A stretch of 62,608 nucleotides of DNA, the filler included. It is 6 parts of 6 records of this genome, joined end to end, with 100 filler letters (N's around TTAATTAATTAA, not from the genome) between each part and the next. Parts side by side here need not be neighbours in the genome. Positions count along the whole stretch, not along the records: positions 1 to 16,894 come from SRR31147125_22698; 5 more parts are not named here. The stretch is one strand, 5' to 3'. Under the pieces are notes generated by a model that saw only the letters and a list, made by a program, of their open reading frames with translations, made no database searches and was not told the origin of the DNA. Position numbers and translations under genes: made by a program. The stretch's first letter is position 1. Each line of letters starts with the position of its first letter. Positions 1 through 9,890 of this stretch are shown piece by piece.

Positions 1-11
1 GGGGAAAGCCC

Positions 12-992
12 ATGGCATTCCCATATCCGGATCTCAACATAATTAAAAATGAAGGGGCCAATATTGCATCTGCCTATTGGGGCTCAGATATATGGGACCC
101 ATCCATGTTTATAGATACTCGATTACGAGCTCTGGGATATCATGATATTGAAAAAGCACCATATAGTTCGTTAAAAAAACAAAAAAAGATTGAAATCATG
201 TCCACGTTTTCCAGCTTTGTTTTAACGTGTGATAATCTTTCTCATTTTTTTCCAAAAATTGTTCACGGGGATACACCCGTTGATTTGGAAAAATGGCCAT
301 ACAAAAAAAGGGATTTTGATAGAAAAAAATTAAAAGTCGCACATATGCCGTCAAACCGTTATAAAAAAAATTCCGATATTATTTTAGAGGTATTTGAAAA
401 ACTGGAATCAGAGGGTAGAATCGAACCGGTGTTGATCGAAAATATTCACCATAGTAAAGTGAGTCAGATTTTGAGTGATTGTGATGTTCTTGTTGAGCAA
501 ATGACATTCGATTTTGGCAAGTCCGCTGCAGAGGCTATGGCGCTTGGACTTCCGGTTATTATTCGCGGCGAACAACTTAAAGAAGGACATCGTGCCGCCG
601 CTCCAGTCATTTATATCAAAGACAAGTTTGAACTGGAGGAAAAATTAATCGAATTATGTTTAAACAGAGAGCTACTCTGCGATGTTAGCTTGCGAGGTAG
701 AGAATATGTTGAAAAACACCATAATAAAGAGATACTCGCTGGCGAACTTGCTAATTATATAACACAGGCTGCTAAAGGTGAAAATATAGATCATATTATA
801 ACAGAAAATCAAATAAGATATGATCGTTTTAAAAGCAAATATTTTGAACAAGCTTTACCTGTACTTTCAGAATTAAAGGATTATCCCCGATTATTAACAA
901 CATGTATTTCCGGAATTGATAATAACATGTCATTAGAAACATGCTATCGCTATCTGGCACCTATTTCAAATAAACTTAATTTTAAACCTTAA
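12..992 (+). CDS. Glycosyltransferase, GT-B/GT4-like (probably 5'-truncated at window start)
   Basis: KVAHMPSNRYKK, DVLVEQ...FGKSAAEAMALGLPVI (E-A-M-x-x-G-x-P-V donor-binding motif); frame is open to the contig edge. Confidence 0.75.
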   Translation: MAFPYPDLNIIKNEGANIASAYWGSDIWDPSMFIDTRLRALGYHDIEKAPYSSLKKQKKIEIMSTFSSFVLTCDNLSHFFPKIVHGDTPVDLEKWPYKKRDFDRKKLKVAHMPSNRYKKNSDIILEVFEKLESEGRIEPVLIENIHHSKVSQILSDCDVLVEQMTFDFGKSAAEAMALGLPVIIRGEQLKEGHRAAAPVIYIKDKFELEEKLIELCLNRELLCDVSLRGREYVEKHHNKEILAGELANYITQAAKGENIDHIITENQIRYDRFKSKYFEQALPVLSELKDYPRLLTTCISGIDNNMSLETCYRYLAPISNKLNFKP

Positions 993-1007
993 AAAAATGA
1001 GCGTATT

Positions 1008-1997
1008 ATGGATATAAATGGAAAATCGATTCTAGTAATAGGAGGCGCAGGATTTATTGGTTCTCATGTAGTTGACCAATTATTAAAAAAAGATGTCAAA
1101 CAGGTCACTATTTACGATAATTTTGCCAGAGGAACAAGAGATAACATCGAGAATGCACTAAAAGATCCACGTTGTCGGGTGTTTGAGGCAGGTGGAGATA
1201 TTTTACAAAATGATATTCTTCATTCGGCAATGAAAGATGCCGATGCGGTTATACATCTTGCTGCCCTGTGGTTATTACAGTGTTATGATTATCCAGTGAG
1301 TGCATTTGAGACCAATGTGCGTGGAACATTTAATGTATTGGAAGCATGCCGACATAACAATATTGAAAGATTGGTCTATTCTTCGTCGGCTTCTGTTTAT
1401 GGAAACGCACTGGAAATACCGATGACAGAAGATCACCCATTTAATAATCGTACTTTTTACGGAGCCACAAAAATCGCTGCTGAAGCTATGTGCCGTGCTT
1501 ACAATGAAAGATATGGATTAGATTATGTCGGTTTGCGTTATATGAATGTTTATGGCCCCAGGCAGGATTATAAAGGCACCTATATAGCCGTTATAATGAA
1601 GATTCTGGACGCCTTGGATGCGGGTGAACCACCCGTGCTATATGGGGATGGCTCCCAATCCTATGATTTTATCTATGTTGGTGATGTGGCAAAAGCAAAT
1701 ATCCATGCTCTTGAAGCAGATATATCTGATCAATTTTATAATGTTGGCATGGGAATCGGAACGTGCCTCAAGGAATTATGTGAAAAAATATTAGAACTGA
1801 CAAAATCGGAATTGCAGATTCAATACAAACCAGATGGTAAATCATTTGTCACACACCGAATTGGGTGTACTAAAAAGGCGGAAAAAGAGTTGGGTTTTAA
1901 GGCAGACGTAAATCTGGTAGAGGGTTTAAAAAAACTGATCGAATGGAGAAAGGATCATAAAAAGGTTTATGGAGACAAATGGAAATTATTCGTGTGA
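1008..1997 (+). CDS. NAD-dependent nucleotide-sugar epimerase/dehydratase (extended SDR)
   Basis: GGAGFIGSH Rossmann motif, SSASVYG, YGATK catalytic YxxxK, RYMNVYGP. Confidence 0.93.
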   Translation: MDINGKSILVIGGAGFIGSHVVDQLLKKDVKQVTIYDNFARGTRDNIENALKDPRCRVFEAGGDILQNDILHSAMKDADAVIHLAALWLLQCYDYPVSAFETNVRGTFNVLEACRHNNIERLVYSSSASVYGNALEIPMTEDHPFNNRTFYGATKIAAEAMCRAYNERYGLDYVGLRYMNVYGPRQDYKGTYIAVIMKILDALDAGEPPVLYGDGSQSYDFIYVGDVAKANIHALEADISDQFYNVGMGIGTCLKELCEKILELTKSELQIQYKPDGKSFVTHRIGCTKKAEKELGFKADVNLVEGLKKLIEWRKDHKKVYGDKWKLFV

Positions 1998-2001
1998 GAG
2001 T

Positions 2002-3165
2002 ATGCCCATTCCTATAGCAAAGACAGTCTTTACGGAAAACGAGTATGAAAATATTTTGAAACCTCTCAGATCAGGGTGGGTTGTTCAAGGTCCCTATGTA
2101 CAGGAATTTGAAGCCAAATGGTCCACATTTACGGGTGCAACATATTCACTTGCGACAACATCCTGTACCACGGCCCTGTATCTTTGCCTTGCAGCAGCAG
2201 ATCTTGAACCGGAGGATGAAGTTATTCTTCCTGCTTTTACCTGGATTGCCACAGCAAACGTCGTAGAATTATCAAAAGCTAAAGTTCGCTTCTGTGATAT
2301 TGATTTGAATACATTTAATGTTGATGTCAATCAGATCGAATCCCTTATAAATCCACACACAAAAGCCATTATACCAGTGCATTTATTTGGCCTTGCTACT
2401 GACATGAATCCTGTCATAAACATATCACAACAAAATGATTTATATGTTTTTGAAGACTCGGCGTGTGGATTTGGCGCAAAATATAACAATAAACATGTTG
2501 GCAATTTCGGTGATGCCGGCTGTTTTAGTTTTCATCCAAGGAAAGCTATAACGACCGGAGAAGGAGGGATGATAACGACAAATGATGCCGTTTTGTATGA
2601 AAAATTGCGAGCCCTCAGAGACCATGGTGCCACCGTATCCGATCTGCAACGCCATCTTGGTTCAAAGCCCTATCTTTTGCCGGAATTCCCTTACGCGGGA
2701 TTCAACTGTAGAATGACCGATATCCAGGCGGCTATTGGCTCCACACAAATGGATCGCGCTGAATTTATACATAATGAAAGAAAAAGAATTGCCTTAAAGT
2801 ATGATGATTTTTTAAAGCACATACCCTGGTTGCGAAAACCATTCACAAATCCACAATATGAACACGGATATCAATCTTATGTGTGCTTATTCGAACCAGA
2901 GCCGATAACAGACTCGAATGTTAAAGAAATAAACAAACTGCGTAATAATTTTATGGAATATTTACAAAATCATCAGATATCTACAAGACCCGGAACACAT
3001 GCCGTACATCTACTGGATTATTATGCAAAAAAATATGGTAGCAACATGGATTGTCCCAATGCGTTGATAGCTGACCATTGCAGTATAGCCTTACCATTAT
3101 TTCAGTCGTTAAGCGATAATGAATTCGATTATATAAAAAATATCATATTAAACTACAAATTCTAA
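2002..3165 (+). CDS. DegT/DnrJ/EryC1/StrS PLP-dependent sugar aminotransferase
   Basis: KAIIPVHLFG, EDSAC, FSFHPRKAITTGEGGM (PLP lysine); ATG at 2002 just after the upstream stop is preferred to 1969. Confidence 0.93.
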   Translation: MPIPIAKTVFTENEYENILKPLRSGWVVQGPYVQEFEAKWSTFTGATYSLATTSCTTALYLCLAAADLEPEDEVILPAFTWIATANVVELSKAKVRFCDIDLNTFNVDVNQIESLINPHTKAIIPVHLFGLATDMNPVINISQQNDLYVFEDSACGFGAKYNNKHVGNFGDAGCFSFHPRKAITTGEGGMITTNDAVLYEKLRALRDHGATVSDLQRHLGSKPYLLPEFPYAGFNCRMTDIQAAIGSTQMDRAEFIHNERKRIALKYDDFLKHIPWLRKPFTNPQYEHGYQSYVCLFEPEPITDSNVKEINKLRNNFMEYLQNHQISTRPGTHAVHLLDYYAKKYGSNMDCPNALIADHCSIALPLFQSLSDNEFDYIKNIILNYKF

Positions 3166-5045
3166 TGTGTGGAATAGCTGGAATATTTAATATTGATGGA
3201 AGACCTGTCTCCATCACAACACTAAAAGACATGACCGATGTCATCCGCCACCGAGGCCCTGATGGAGAAGGATTTTGGACAAATTCCTTTATAGGCCTGG
3301 GACATCGGCGCCTGGCTATTATTGATTTGTCTCCATTAGGACATCAGCCTATGCTGAACGAGAATGCTCGTTTGGTCATCAGTTATAATGGAGAGATCTA
3401 TAATTATAAAGATATTCGTACGGAACTGGAAAACAAGGGCTATGTTTTTTATTCAAAAACAGATACAGAAGTCGTATTAAAGTCCTATGAAGAGTGGGGC
3501 GAGGAATGTATCCATAAATTTAACGGCATGTTCGCATTCGCCATTTGGGATGGAAATTCGAATAAGCTCTTTCTGGCGCGCGACCGTTATGGGATTAAAC
3601 CTCTATATTATTGCTTTCAGAATAACAAGATTATTTTCGCGTCTGAGATAAAGGCCATTTTACAGCATCCGGATGTGAATGTTGACGTTTCTATTCCGGC
3701 ATTAAATGAATATTTTTCTTTTCAAAATATTTTATCGGATCTGACCCTTTTTCAGAATATAAAATTACTTCCTGCTGCTAATTATATAACTATCACCCTT
3801 GGTGATCCGAATACTTTTTCACAAAAAAAATATTGGGATTATGATTTTATTGATCAAGATCATTATAGCAGTCAGGATGAATACATAGAGGAGCTGGACA
3901 GACTCTTTGTTCAGGCTGTAAAAAGACAATTTGTAGCCGATGTAGAGATAGGCGCTTATCTCAGTGGTGGTATGGATTCGGGTTCAATCACATCCATCGC
4001 AGCCGACAAATTCCCGAATATTAAAAGTTTTACCGTTGGTTTTGACCTGTCATCTGCTTCCGGTCTTGAATTAGGATTTGACGAGAGAAAAAAAGCTGAA
4101 TTTCTGTCTAATCTCTATAAAACAGAACATTATGAAGTTGTTTTAAAAGCTGGTGATATGGAACGAGTTATGCCGGAACTAACCTGGCATTTGGAGGATC
4201 CAAGAGTAGGGCAATGTTATCCAAATTATTATATCTCCCGGTTGGCCAGCAAGTTTTTAAAAGTTGTTCTGTCCGGTGCCGGAGGAGATGAATTATTTGC
4301 CGGTTATCCATGGAGATATTACCGGGCTGTTGGTAATGGCGACCCAAATCATTATTCTGATAATTATTACAAATACTGGATGCGATTAATACCGGATAGT
4401 CTTAAAGGAGATTTTTATCAGTCCTCTATCTATCCGGAAATCTTAAATCACCAGACCAAAGATATTTTCAAAAATATTATTTCTAATGGAAAACCCAATC
4501 CTGCAACTCCTGAAGAAACGGTCAACAAGTCACTTTATTTTGAGAGCAAAACATTTCTTCACGGATTATTACAGGTTGAGGATAAATTAAGTATGGCACA
4601 GGGCCTGGAAACACGAGTTCCTTTTCTTGATAATGATCTGGTTGATTTTGCAATGAAAATCCCTGTTAAATACAAACTCCGGAACCTGAAAGATGTCGTG
4701 CGGCTTAATGAAAATGAACCTGGGCCAAAAGCTGAAAAATATTTCCGAAAGACGAACGACGGGAAAATTATTTTAAGGCATGTTTTATCAAAATATGTCC
4801 CGGATAATTATGCAAATGGTATTAAACAAGGCTTCTCTGCTCCTGACGCCAGCTGGTTCAAGGGAGAAAGTATTAACTATGTCCGGGGCTTGTTATTTGA
4901 TAAGAACGCACGGATTTATAATTTTATACAGCCCTCTTGTGCACAAAGATTGATGCAGGAGCACTTTTCAGGGCAAAAAAATCGTCGACTGCTCATCTGG
5001 TCCTTATTGAGTTTTGAATGGTGGTTGAAAACGTTTATCCCTTAA
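3165..5045 (+). CDS. asnB: Asparagine synthase (glutamine-hydrolysing)-like amidotransferase, probably a sugar amidotransferase
   Basis: N-terminal MCGIAG, HRGPDG, LSGGMDS, SGAGGDELFAGY, ETRVPFLD; located in a glycan cluster. Confidence 0.92.
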   Translation: MCGIAGIFNIDGRPVSITTLKDMTDVIRHRGPDGEGFWTNSFIGLGHRRLAIIDLSPLGHQPMLNENARLVISYNGEIYNYKDIRTELENKGYVFYSKTDTEVVLKSYEEWGEECIHKFNGMFAFAIWDGNSNKLFLARDRYGIKPLYYCFQNNKIIFASEIKAILQHPDVNVDVSIPALNEYFSFQNILSDLTLFQNIKLLPAANYITITLGDPNTFSQKKYWDYDFIDQDHYSSQDEYIEELDRLFVQAVKRQFVADVEIGAYLSGGMDSGSITSIAADKFPNIKSFTVGFDLSSASGLELGFDERKKAEFLSNLYKTEHYEVVLKAGDMERVMPELTWHLEDPRVGQCYPNYYISRLASKFLKVVLSGAGGDELFAGYPWRYYRAVGNGDPNHYSDNYYKYWMRLIPDSLKGDFYQSSIYPEILNHQTKDIFKNIISNGKPNPATPEETVNKSLYFESKTFLHGLLQVEDKLSMAQGLETRVPFLDNDLVDFAMKIPVKYKLRNLKDVVRLNENEPGPKAEKYFRKTNDGKIILRHVLSKYVPDNYANGIKQGFSAPDASWFKGESINYVRGLLFDKNARIYNFIQPSCAQRLMQEHFSGQKNRRLLIWSLLSFEWWLKTFIP

Positions 5046-5078
5046 TATGAAATTATAGTTAAATCTGGTGGAATTTTA

Positions 5079-5792
5079 ATGTTGCAGCAATTAGTCATAC
5101 TTGGCGCATCCGCATATCCTGAAATAGGAGAGATTATCCGGGATATTAATCAGGAATACGGTAAATATTATGTGGTAGGAATCCTTGATGACAATAAGGA
5201 GCTTCATGGTACTGAGATTGAAGGTGTTAAAGTCAAGGGACCACTATTAGAAGCTCTTAACTATTCTGACGATGTCCAATTTGTTTTGGGAATAGGTTCT
5301 TACAAGACTCGAATTATGCGATATCACATTTTAAAGAAACTGGGCCTGCCAGATTCCCGGTTTGTAACTCTGGTACACCCACGAGCAAAGATATTCTCAT
5401 CTGCAAAAGTGGGACCTGGTTGCATCATCCATGCCGGGGTTGTTGTTTTTAATGATGCCATTGTAGAGCCATTTGTTTTGATTTTAGCTAACACCATAAT
5501 TGGTGCCAGAAATCTGGTTGGCAGGGGAGCGCTTGTAACATCTCTTGTATCAACTACGACAGATGTAAAACTTGGTGCCTTTAGTTTCATCGGCACAACT
5601 AGCGCTATTGCAGAAAGAGTCGAAATCGGTCCGGGAGCTATGATTGCAATGGGGACCAAGGTTTATCAGGATATTCCTCCAGGCTCTGTTGTATTTGGCA
5701 ATCCACATCAATTTATAAATCGGATAGATGTGCCTGTTGAAATAATGACTGAGTGGAATCAATTGAAAATAGAATGTCAAAAAAACAGGTGA
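5079..5792 (+). CDS. NeuD/PglD/VioB-family sugar acyltransferase (hexapeptide repeat)
   Basis: N-terminal Rossmann-like VILGAS...GILDD, TLVHPRA, hexapeptide repeats, C-terminal VVFGNP. Confidence 0.85.
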   Translation: MLQQLVILGASAYPEIGEIIRDINQEYGKYYVVGILDDNKELHGTEIEGVKVKGPLLEALNYSDDVQFVLGIGSYKTRIMRYHILKKLGLPDSRFVTLVHPRAKIFSSAKVGPGCIIHAGVVVFNDAIVEPFVLILANTIIGARNLVGRGALVTSLVSTTTDVKLGAFSFIGTTSAIAERVEIGPGAMIAMGTKVYQDIPPGSVVFGNPHQFINRIDVPVEIMTEWNQLKIECQKNR

Positions 5793-5799
5793 TATAACA

Positions 5800-6513
5800 A
5801 TGATCGCATTTACATCAGATATGGATTGGGTTCCGGAAGAAGTACTTGCTGATACGCTTGGACTTTTCCAGGAATATAATATCAAATGCACTATATTCGC
5901 GACAAACGCCTCAAAAGAGCTGGAACAATGTAATCAGGACTTGTTTGAAATTGGCATTCACCCAAATTTTAATGGATTACTTTCCGGACAAGAGGGCAGT
6001 ATTCACTCCATAATCGAACCACTCATGAATTTATTTCCTGATTCCAAAGGCGTTCGTTCTCATTCGTTAACACAAAATAGCCATATTTTATCTGCATTTG
6101 TTGAGTACGGTTTGTTATACGATGTCAACCAGTTTAGACCCTATTCAAAAGGATTAGAACCTTTCCAATTATGGAATAATCTTGTTCGTATACCATTTAA
6201 TTGGGCCGATGATGCGCATTGCGGGTATAATATGCCTCACATTAATTCCGGCCTCGATATATCAGGTGATGAAATGAATGTTTTTCTTTTTCATCCAATT
6301 CATATATTTCTCAATACGGAATCGACAGAAAGATATGAAGCTGCAAAGAAATACTATCATGAACCTAAAAAACTTTTGGACTATCGTAACACAAAAACCA
6401 AGGGTACTCGGACTTTATTGATTGATCTGCTAGATTATAGTCGTGATAACAATATAAAAACTAAAAAAGCGAAGGACATTGTTTTAGAATGGAAAAAAGA
6501 GCCATTACAATAA
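5800..6513 (+). CDS. Polysaccharide deacetylase-like protein (WbmS-like)
   Basis: FTSDMDW, EIGIHPNF, GVRSHSL, FLFHPIHIFLN motifs. Confidence 0.78.
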   Translation: MIAFTSDMDWVPEEVLADTLGLFQEYNIKCTIFATNASKELEQCNQDLFEIGIHPNFNGLLSGQEGSIHSIIEPLMNLFPDSKGVRSHSLTQNSHILSAFVEYGLLYDVNQFRPYSKGLEPFQLWNNLVRIPFNWADDAHCGYNMPHINSGLDISGDEMNVFLFHPIHIFLNTESTERYEAAKKYYHEPKKLLDYRNTKTKGTRTLLIDLLDYSRDNNIKTKKAKDIVLEWKKEPLQ

Positions 6514-7430
6514 ACGAAATTTCCGACATTCTTGAAATATCCCATATCGGAAAAAATGGACTGATTCAAGGATTAAACTATGCTGACGCTGTATCCAAAT
6601 ATGACTCGATTATAACCTACTGCTCAAGTAAACATTACTTATCCAAAGCGTTAAAAAATGAAAAAGTGAAAGCTCTGATTACTACCCAAAAGCTTTTTGA
6701 TGAATGTAGTCATGAAGGATTAAAAAATATTGCCTGTTTCGTGACTAAAGATCCCAAATATGTTTTCTACTGTCTTTATGATTACTTGTTTAAAAATACA
6801 AACTTTTACAATGAATTTGATTTTACAAAAAAGATAGGTAAAAACTGTAATATTGACAACACAGCTTTTATTGAAGATGGTGTTGTTATTGGCAATAATG
6901 TGAACATCAGTCCTCATGTTTCTATATTAAGAGGAACTGTTATTAAAGATAACATTTATATTGGTTCCAATACAGTAATCGGCCATAGTGGTATGGAAGC
7001 CAAAAGTATAAACAATAGGCTCACTCATATTGAACATGCTGGTGGGGTAGTGATTGAAGATGATGTGCATATTGGTGCAAATAATGTCATTTGTAAAAGT
7101 GTCTATGAAGGCTATACTATAATTGATAAAGAAACTCAAATTGATAATATGGTTCACATTGCGCATAATTGTAAAATTGGTAAAAGAAACTTATTTGCAG
7201 CAGGTGTTATTACAGCTGGCAGTGTCAAAATAGGTAACGATTGTTTTATTGGAGTTGGCGCCAATATCTCCAATAACGTTGTTATCGGAAATAATGTGAA
7301 AGTGAATATAGGGGCTGTTGTCATCAGTAATGTGCCGGATTTTCAAACCGTCGCAGGTTTTTATGCGATGCCTAATAAGGCCTGGTTAAGCAAAATAATT
7401 ACTGAAAAGAGGGTATATCAAAAGATGTAA
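6489..7430 (+). CDS. LpxD-like acyl-ACP-dependent N-acyltransferase
   Basis: LpxD-type N-terminal domain, HAGGVVIEDDVHIGAN, TQIDNMVHIAHNCKIG (catalytic His motif). Confidence 0.82.
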   Translation: MEKRAITINEISDILEISHIGKNGLIQGLNYADAVSKYDSIITYCSSKHYLSKALKNEKVKALITTQKLFDECSHEGLKNIACFVTKDPKYVFYCLYDYLFKNTNFYNEFDFTKKIGKNCNIDNTAFIEDGVVIGNNVNISPHVSILRGTVIKDNIYIGSNTVIGHSGMEAKSINNRLTHIEHAGGVVIEDDVHIGANNVICKSVYEGYTIIDKETQIDNMVHIAHNCKIGKRNLFAAGVITAGSVKIGNDCFIGVGANISNNVVIGNNVKVNIGAVVISNVPDFQTVAGFYAMPNKAWLSKIITEKRVYQKM

Positions 7431-7449
7431 TAAAGTATCGAGGTGAAAA

Positions 7450-7746
7450 ATGGAAAAAATAAAAATACAGGATACGATTTATACAGCCATTGAAGATTTA
7501 AACAAGTTTTTACCTGATTCGAATCAATTAGACAAATCAAATGACACCATGCTCTATGGAGAAGAAGGAAAACTGGACTCACTTGGCCTGGTCAATTTTA
7601 TTGTGGCTGTTGAACAAAAGATAGAACAAAAATTTAATAAATCTGTGACACTTGCTGATGAAAAGGCCATGTCACAAAAAAATAGTCCCTTCAAATCCGT
7701 TTCAACGTTAATTGATTACGTATCTATCTTGCTACGGGAAAATTAA
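7450..7746 (+). CDS. Acyl carrier protein
   Basis: 98 aa, acidic, LDSLGLV phosphopantetheine-attachment motif. Confidence 0.85.
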   Translation: MEKIKIQDTIYTAIEDLNKFLPDSNQLDKSNDTMLYGEEGKLDSLGLVNFIVAVEQKIEQKFNKSVTLADEKAMSQKNSPFKSVSTLIDYVSILLREN

Positions 7747-7747
7747 A

Positions 7748-8449
7748 ATGGATAATAGTCAGGTTGTTTTAATCACCGGAACCAGAAAGGGGATAGGCAA
7801 ATATCTAGCGCATTATTATGTCGAACAAGGATATCAGGTGATAGGCTGTAGCCGTAGTCCTGTCGAATATAAATTAAAAAATTATCAGCATTATACGCTG
7901 GATGTCTCTGATGAGAAAACAGTAAAACAGATGTTTTTAGACATAAAAAATAATTATAAAAAATGCGAGATTTTGATAAATAACGCTGGAATTGCATCGA
8001 TGAATCACGTGCTATTAACGCCTTTGACGACGATACACAAGATTTTAAATACCAATGTTGTTGGAACGTTTCTTTTTTGTCGGGAAGCCGCAAAGATAAT
8101 GCAAATGAATCGTTACGGAAGGATCGTCAACTTTTCAACCGTGGCAACCCCATTAAAACTTGAGGGTGAAGCTATCTACGCTGCTTCAAAAGCAGCCATT
8201 CTCTCTCTTACCGAGATCCTGGCTAGAGAATTTGCACCTTTTGGCATCACTGTAAATTCGGTCGGGCCAACACCTGTTGAAACAGATTTAATCAGATCTG
8301 TACCTCAGGATAAACTGGATAATTTACTCTCTCGCCAGGCGATAAAACGGTTTGGTCAATTTGAAGACATTGCCAATGTGATTGACTTTTTTATAAGAAA
8401 AGAAAGTCATTTTGTGACCGGGCAGAATATCTATTTAGGGGGAGTGTAA
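7748..8449 (+). CDS. SDR ketoreductase, FabG-like
   Basis: ITGTRKGIG, LINNAG, YAASK; ATG at 7748 follows the ACP stop. Confidence 0.88.
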   Translation: MDNSQVVLITGTRKGIGKYLAHYYVEQGYQVIGCSRSPVEYKLKNYQHYTLDVSDEKTVKQMFLDIKNNYKKCEILINNAGIASMNHVLLTPLTTIHKILNTNVVGTFLFCREAAKIMQMNRYGRIVNFSTVATPLKLEGEAIYAASKAAILSLTEILAREFAPFGITVNSVGPTPVETDLIRSVPQDKLDNLLSRQAIKRFGQFEDIANVIDFFIRKESHFVTGQNIYLGGV

Positions 8450-9847
8450 ATGAATATAAACCTGCTTATGGCAAGGTTGAAAGATTTTGAAAATAATGAT
8501 GCCATCATATATAAAAACAAAACATATTTGTATAAAGATATTCTCGAATTGATCACTCTATGGACAAAGAGACTTGAAAATAACAATATCACTCAAGGTT
8601 CTGTCGTAGCAGTGTCAGGAGATTACTCACCAGAGTCCATATCTTTGATTATAGCGCTCATTCTTAACAAGAATATTATTGTGCCATTAAGCCCGGGCCT
8701 GGGAAAATCCGGTCACAACTACCTGGATATCGCCAATGTGCAGCATATTATAAAACCTTTTAGCCGAGGCTGTCATATTATCAGTAAAAACAACATCGCT
8801 CCTGGAAATGAGCTTTTAAAAAGCCTGGTAGATCAGCAGCGGCCTGGATTAGTTTTGTTTACGTCCGGGTCTTCAGGAAAGCCGAAAGCGGTTCTGCATG
8901 ATTTCGATAAACTTTTGTCAAAATATACAAATGCCAATAAAAATTATATGACGCTCTGTTTCCTGATGTTTGATCACATCGCAGGAATAGATACATATTT
9001 TTATTGTCTTTACAGTGGTGGTACAGCTGTTTTGCCAACAAGTCGAAAGCCTAAAGACATATGCTTACAAATCGAAAAATTCAAGGTGGAGGTGCTTCCA
9101 ACATCACCCACGTTTCTGAACCTGTTACTTATATCGGAAGCATATAAAAATTATGATTTGTCCTCCTTAAAAATTGTGACATTCGGGTCTGAGAAAATGG
9201 CGAAATCTTTGTTAGACCGATTGGAACATCTTTTTCCAAATACACGATTTGTACAAAAATATGGCACAACAGAACTCGGTTCACCTCCATCGAAGACGTT
9301 AAAAGGTGATTCCACCTGGATCAAAATGAACAGTGAACATTTTAAATTAAAAGTTTGTGACGGAATACTATATGTAAAAACAGATTCTGCCATGCTCGGA
9401 TATCTCAATGCACCGAGCCCGTATACAAAAGATGGGTGGTTCAATACCGGTGACGCTGTTGAAGTGAATGGTGAATATATAAAAATATTAGGCCGTAAAT
9501 CTGAAATTATAAATGTAGGTGGCGAAAAAGTTTATCCTGCAGAAGTGGAATCAATCATTCAGGAATTGGATTATGTTGAAGATGTTCTTGTTTTTGGAGA
9601 GAAAAATCCCATTACCGGCAATATTGTATGTGCGGATGTGAAACTTGTCTGTGAGGACAATAGTGACGATTATAGCGTTAAAATTAAAAACCACTGCAGA
9701 AATAAACTCATAAACTATGCCGTACCAGTAAAGATTTTTTTATCACAAAAGAAATTATATAATGACAGGTTTAAAAAAAGAGATTATCCAAAAAGTGATG
9801 AATATGTTATTTTTTTTAAAATTCTTATTAAAAATTTAAGGATGTAA
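8450..9847 (+). CDS. AMP-dependent acyl-CoA/acyl-ACP ligase (ANL family)
   Basis: FTSGSSGKPKAV P-loop, YGTTE, WFNTGD, GRKSEIINVGGEKVYPAEVE. Confidence 0.9.
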   Translation: MNINLLMARLKDFENNDAIIYKNKTYLYKDILELITLWTKRLENNNITQGSVVAVSGDYSPESISLIIALILNKNIIVPLSPGLGKSGHNYLDIANVQHIIKPFSRGCHIISKNNIAPGNELLKSLVDQQRPGLVLFTSGSSGKPKAVLHDFDKLLSKYTNANKNYMTLCFLMFDHIAGIDTYFYCLYSGGTAVLPTSRKPKDICLQIEKFKVEVLPTSPTFLNLLLISEAYKNYDLSSLKIVTFGSEKMAKSLLDRLEHLFPNTRFVQKYGTTELGSPPSKTLKGDSTWIKMNSEHFKLKVCDGILYVKTDSAMLGYLNAPSPYTKDGWFNTGDAVEVNGEYIKILGRKSEIINVGGEKVYPAEVESIIQELDYVEDVLVFGEKNPITGNIVCADVKLVCEDNSDDYSVKIKNHCRNKLINYAVPVKIFLSQKKLYNDRFKKRDYPKSDEYVIFFKILIKNLRM

Positions 9848-9890
9848 ATTTTTGTATGGTCCAGAAGGTAAAAATTAACTTGAGGTTGAT

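Noticed and set aside
6489-7430. Housekeeping lipid A lpxD
   Set aside because: Not in a bamA-skp-lpxD-fabZ-lpxA context; embedded in a glycan island with its own ACP
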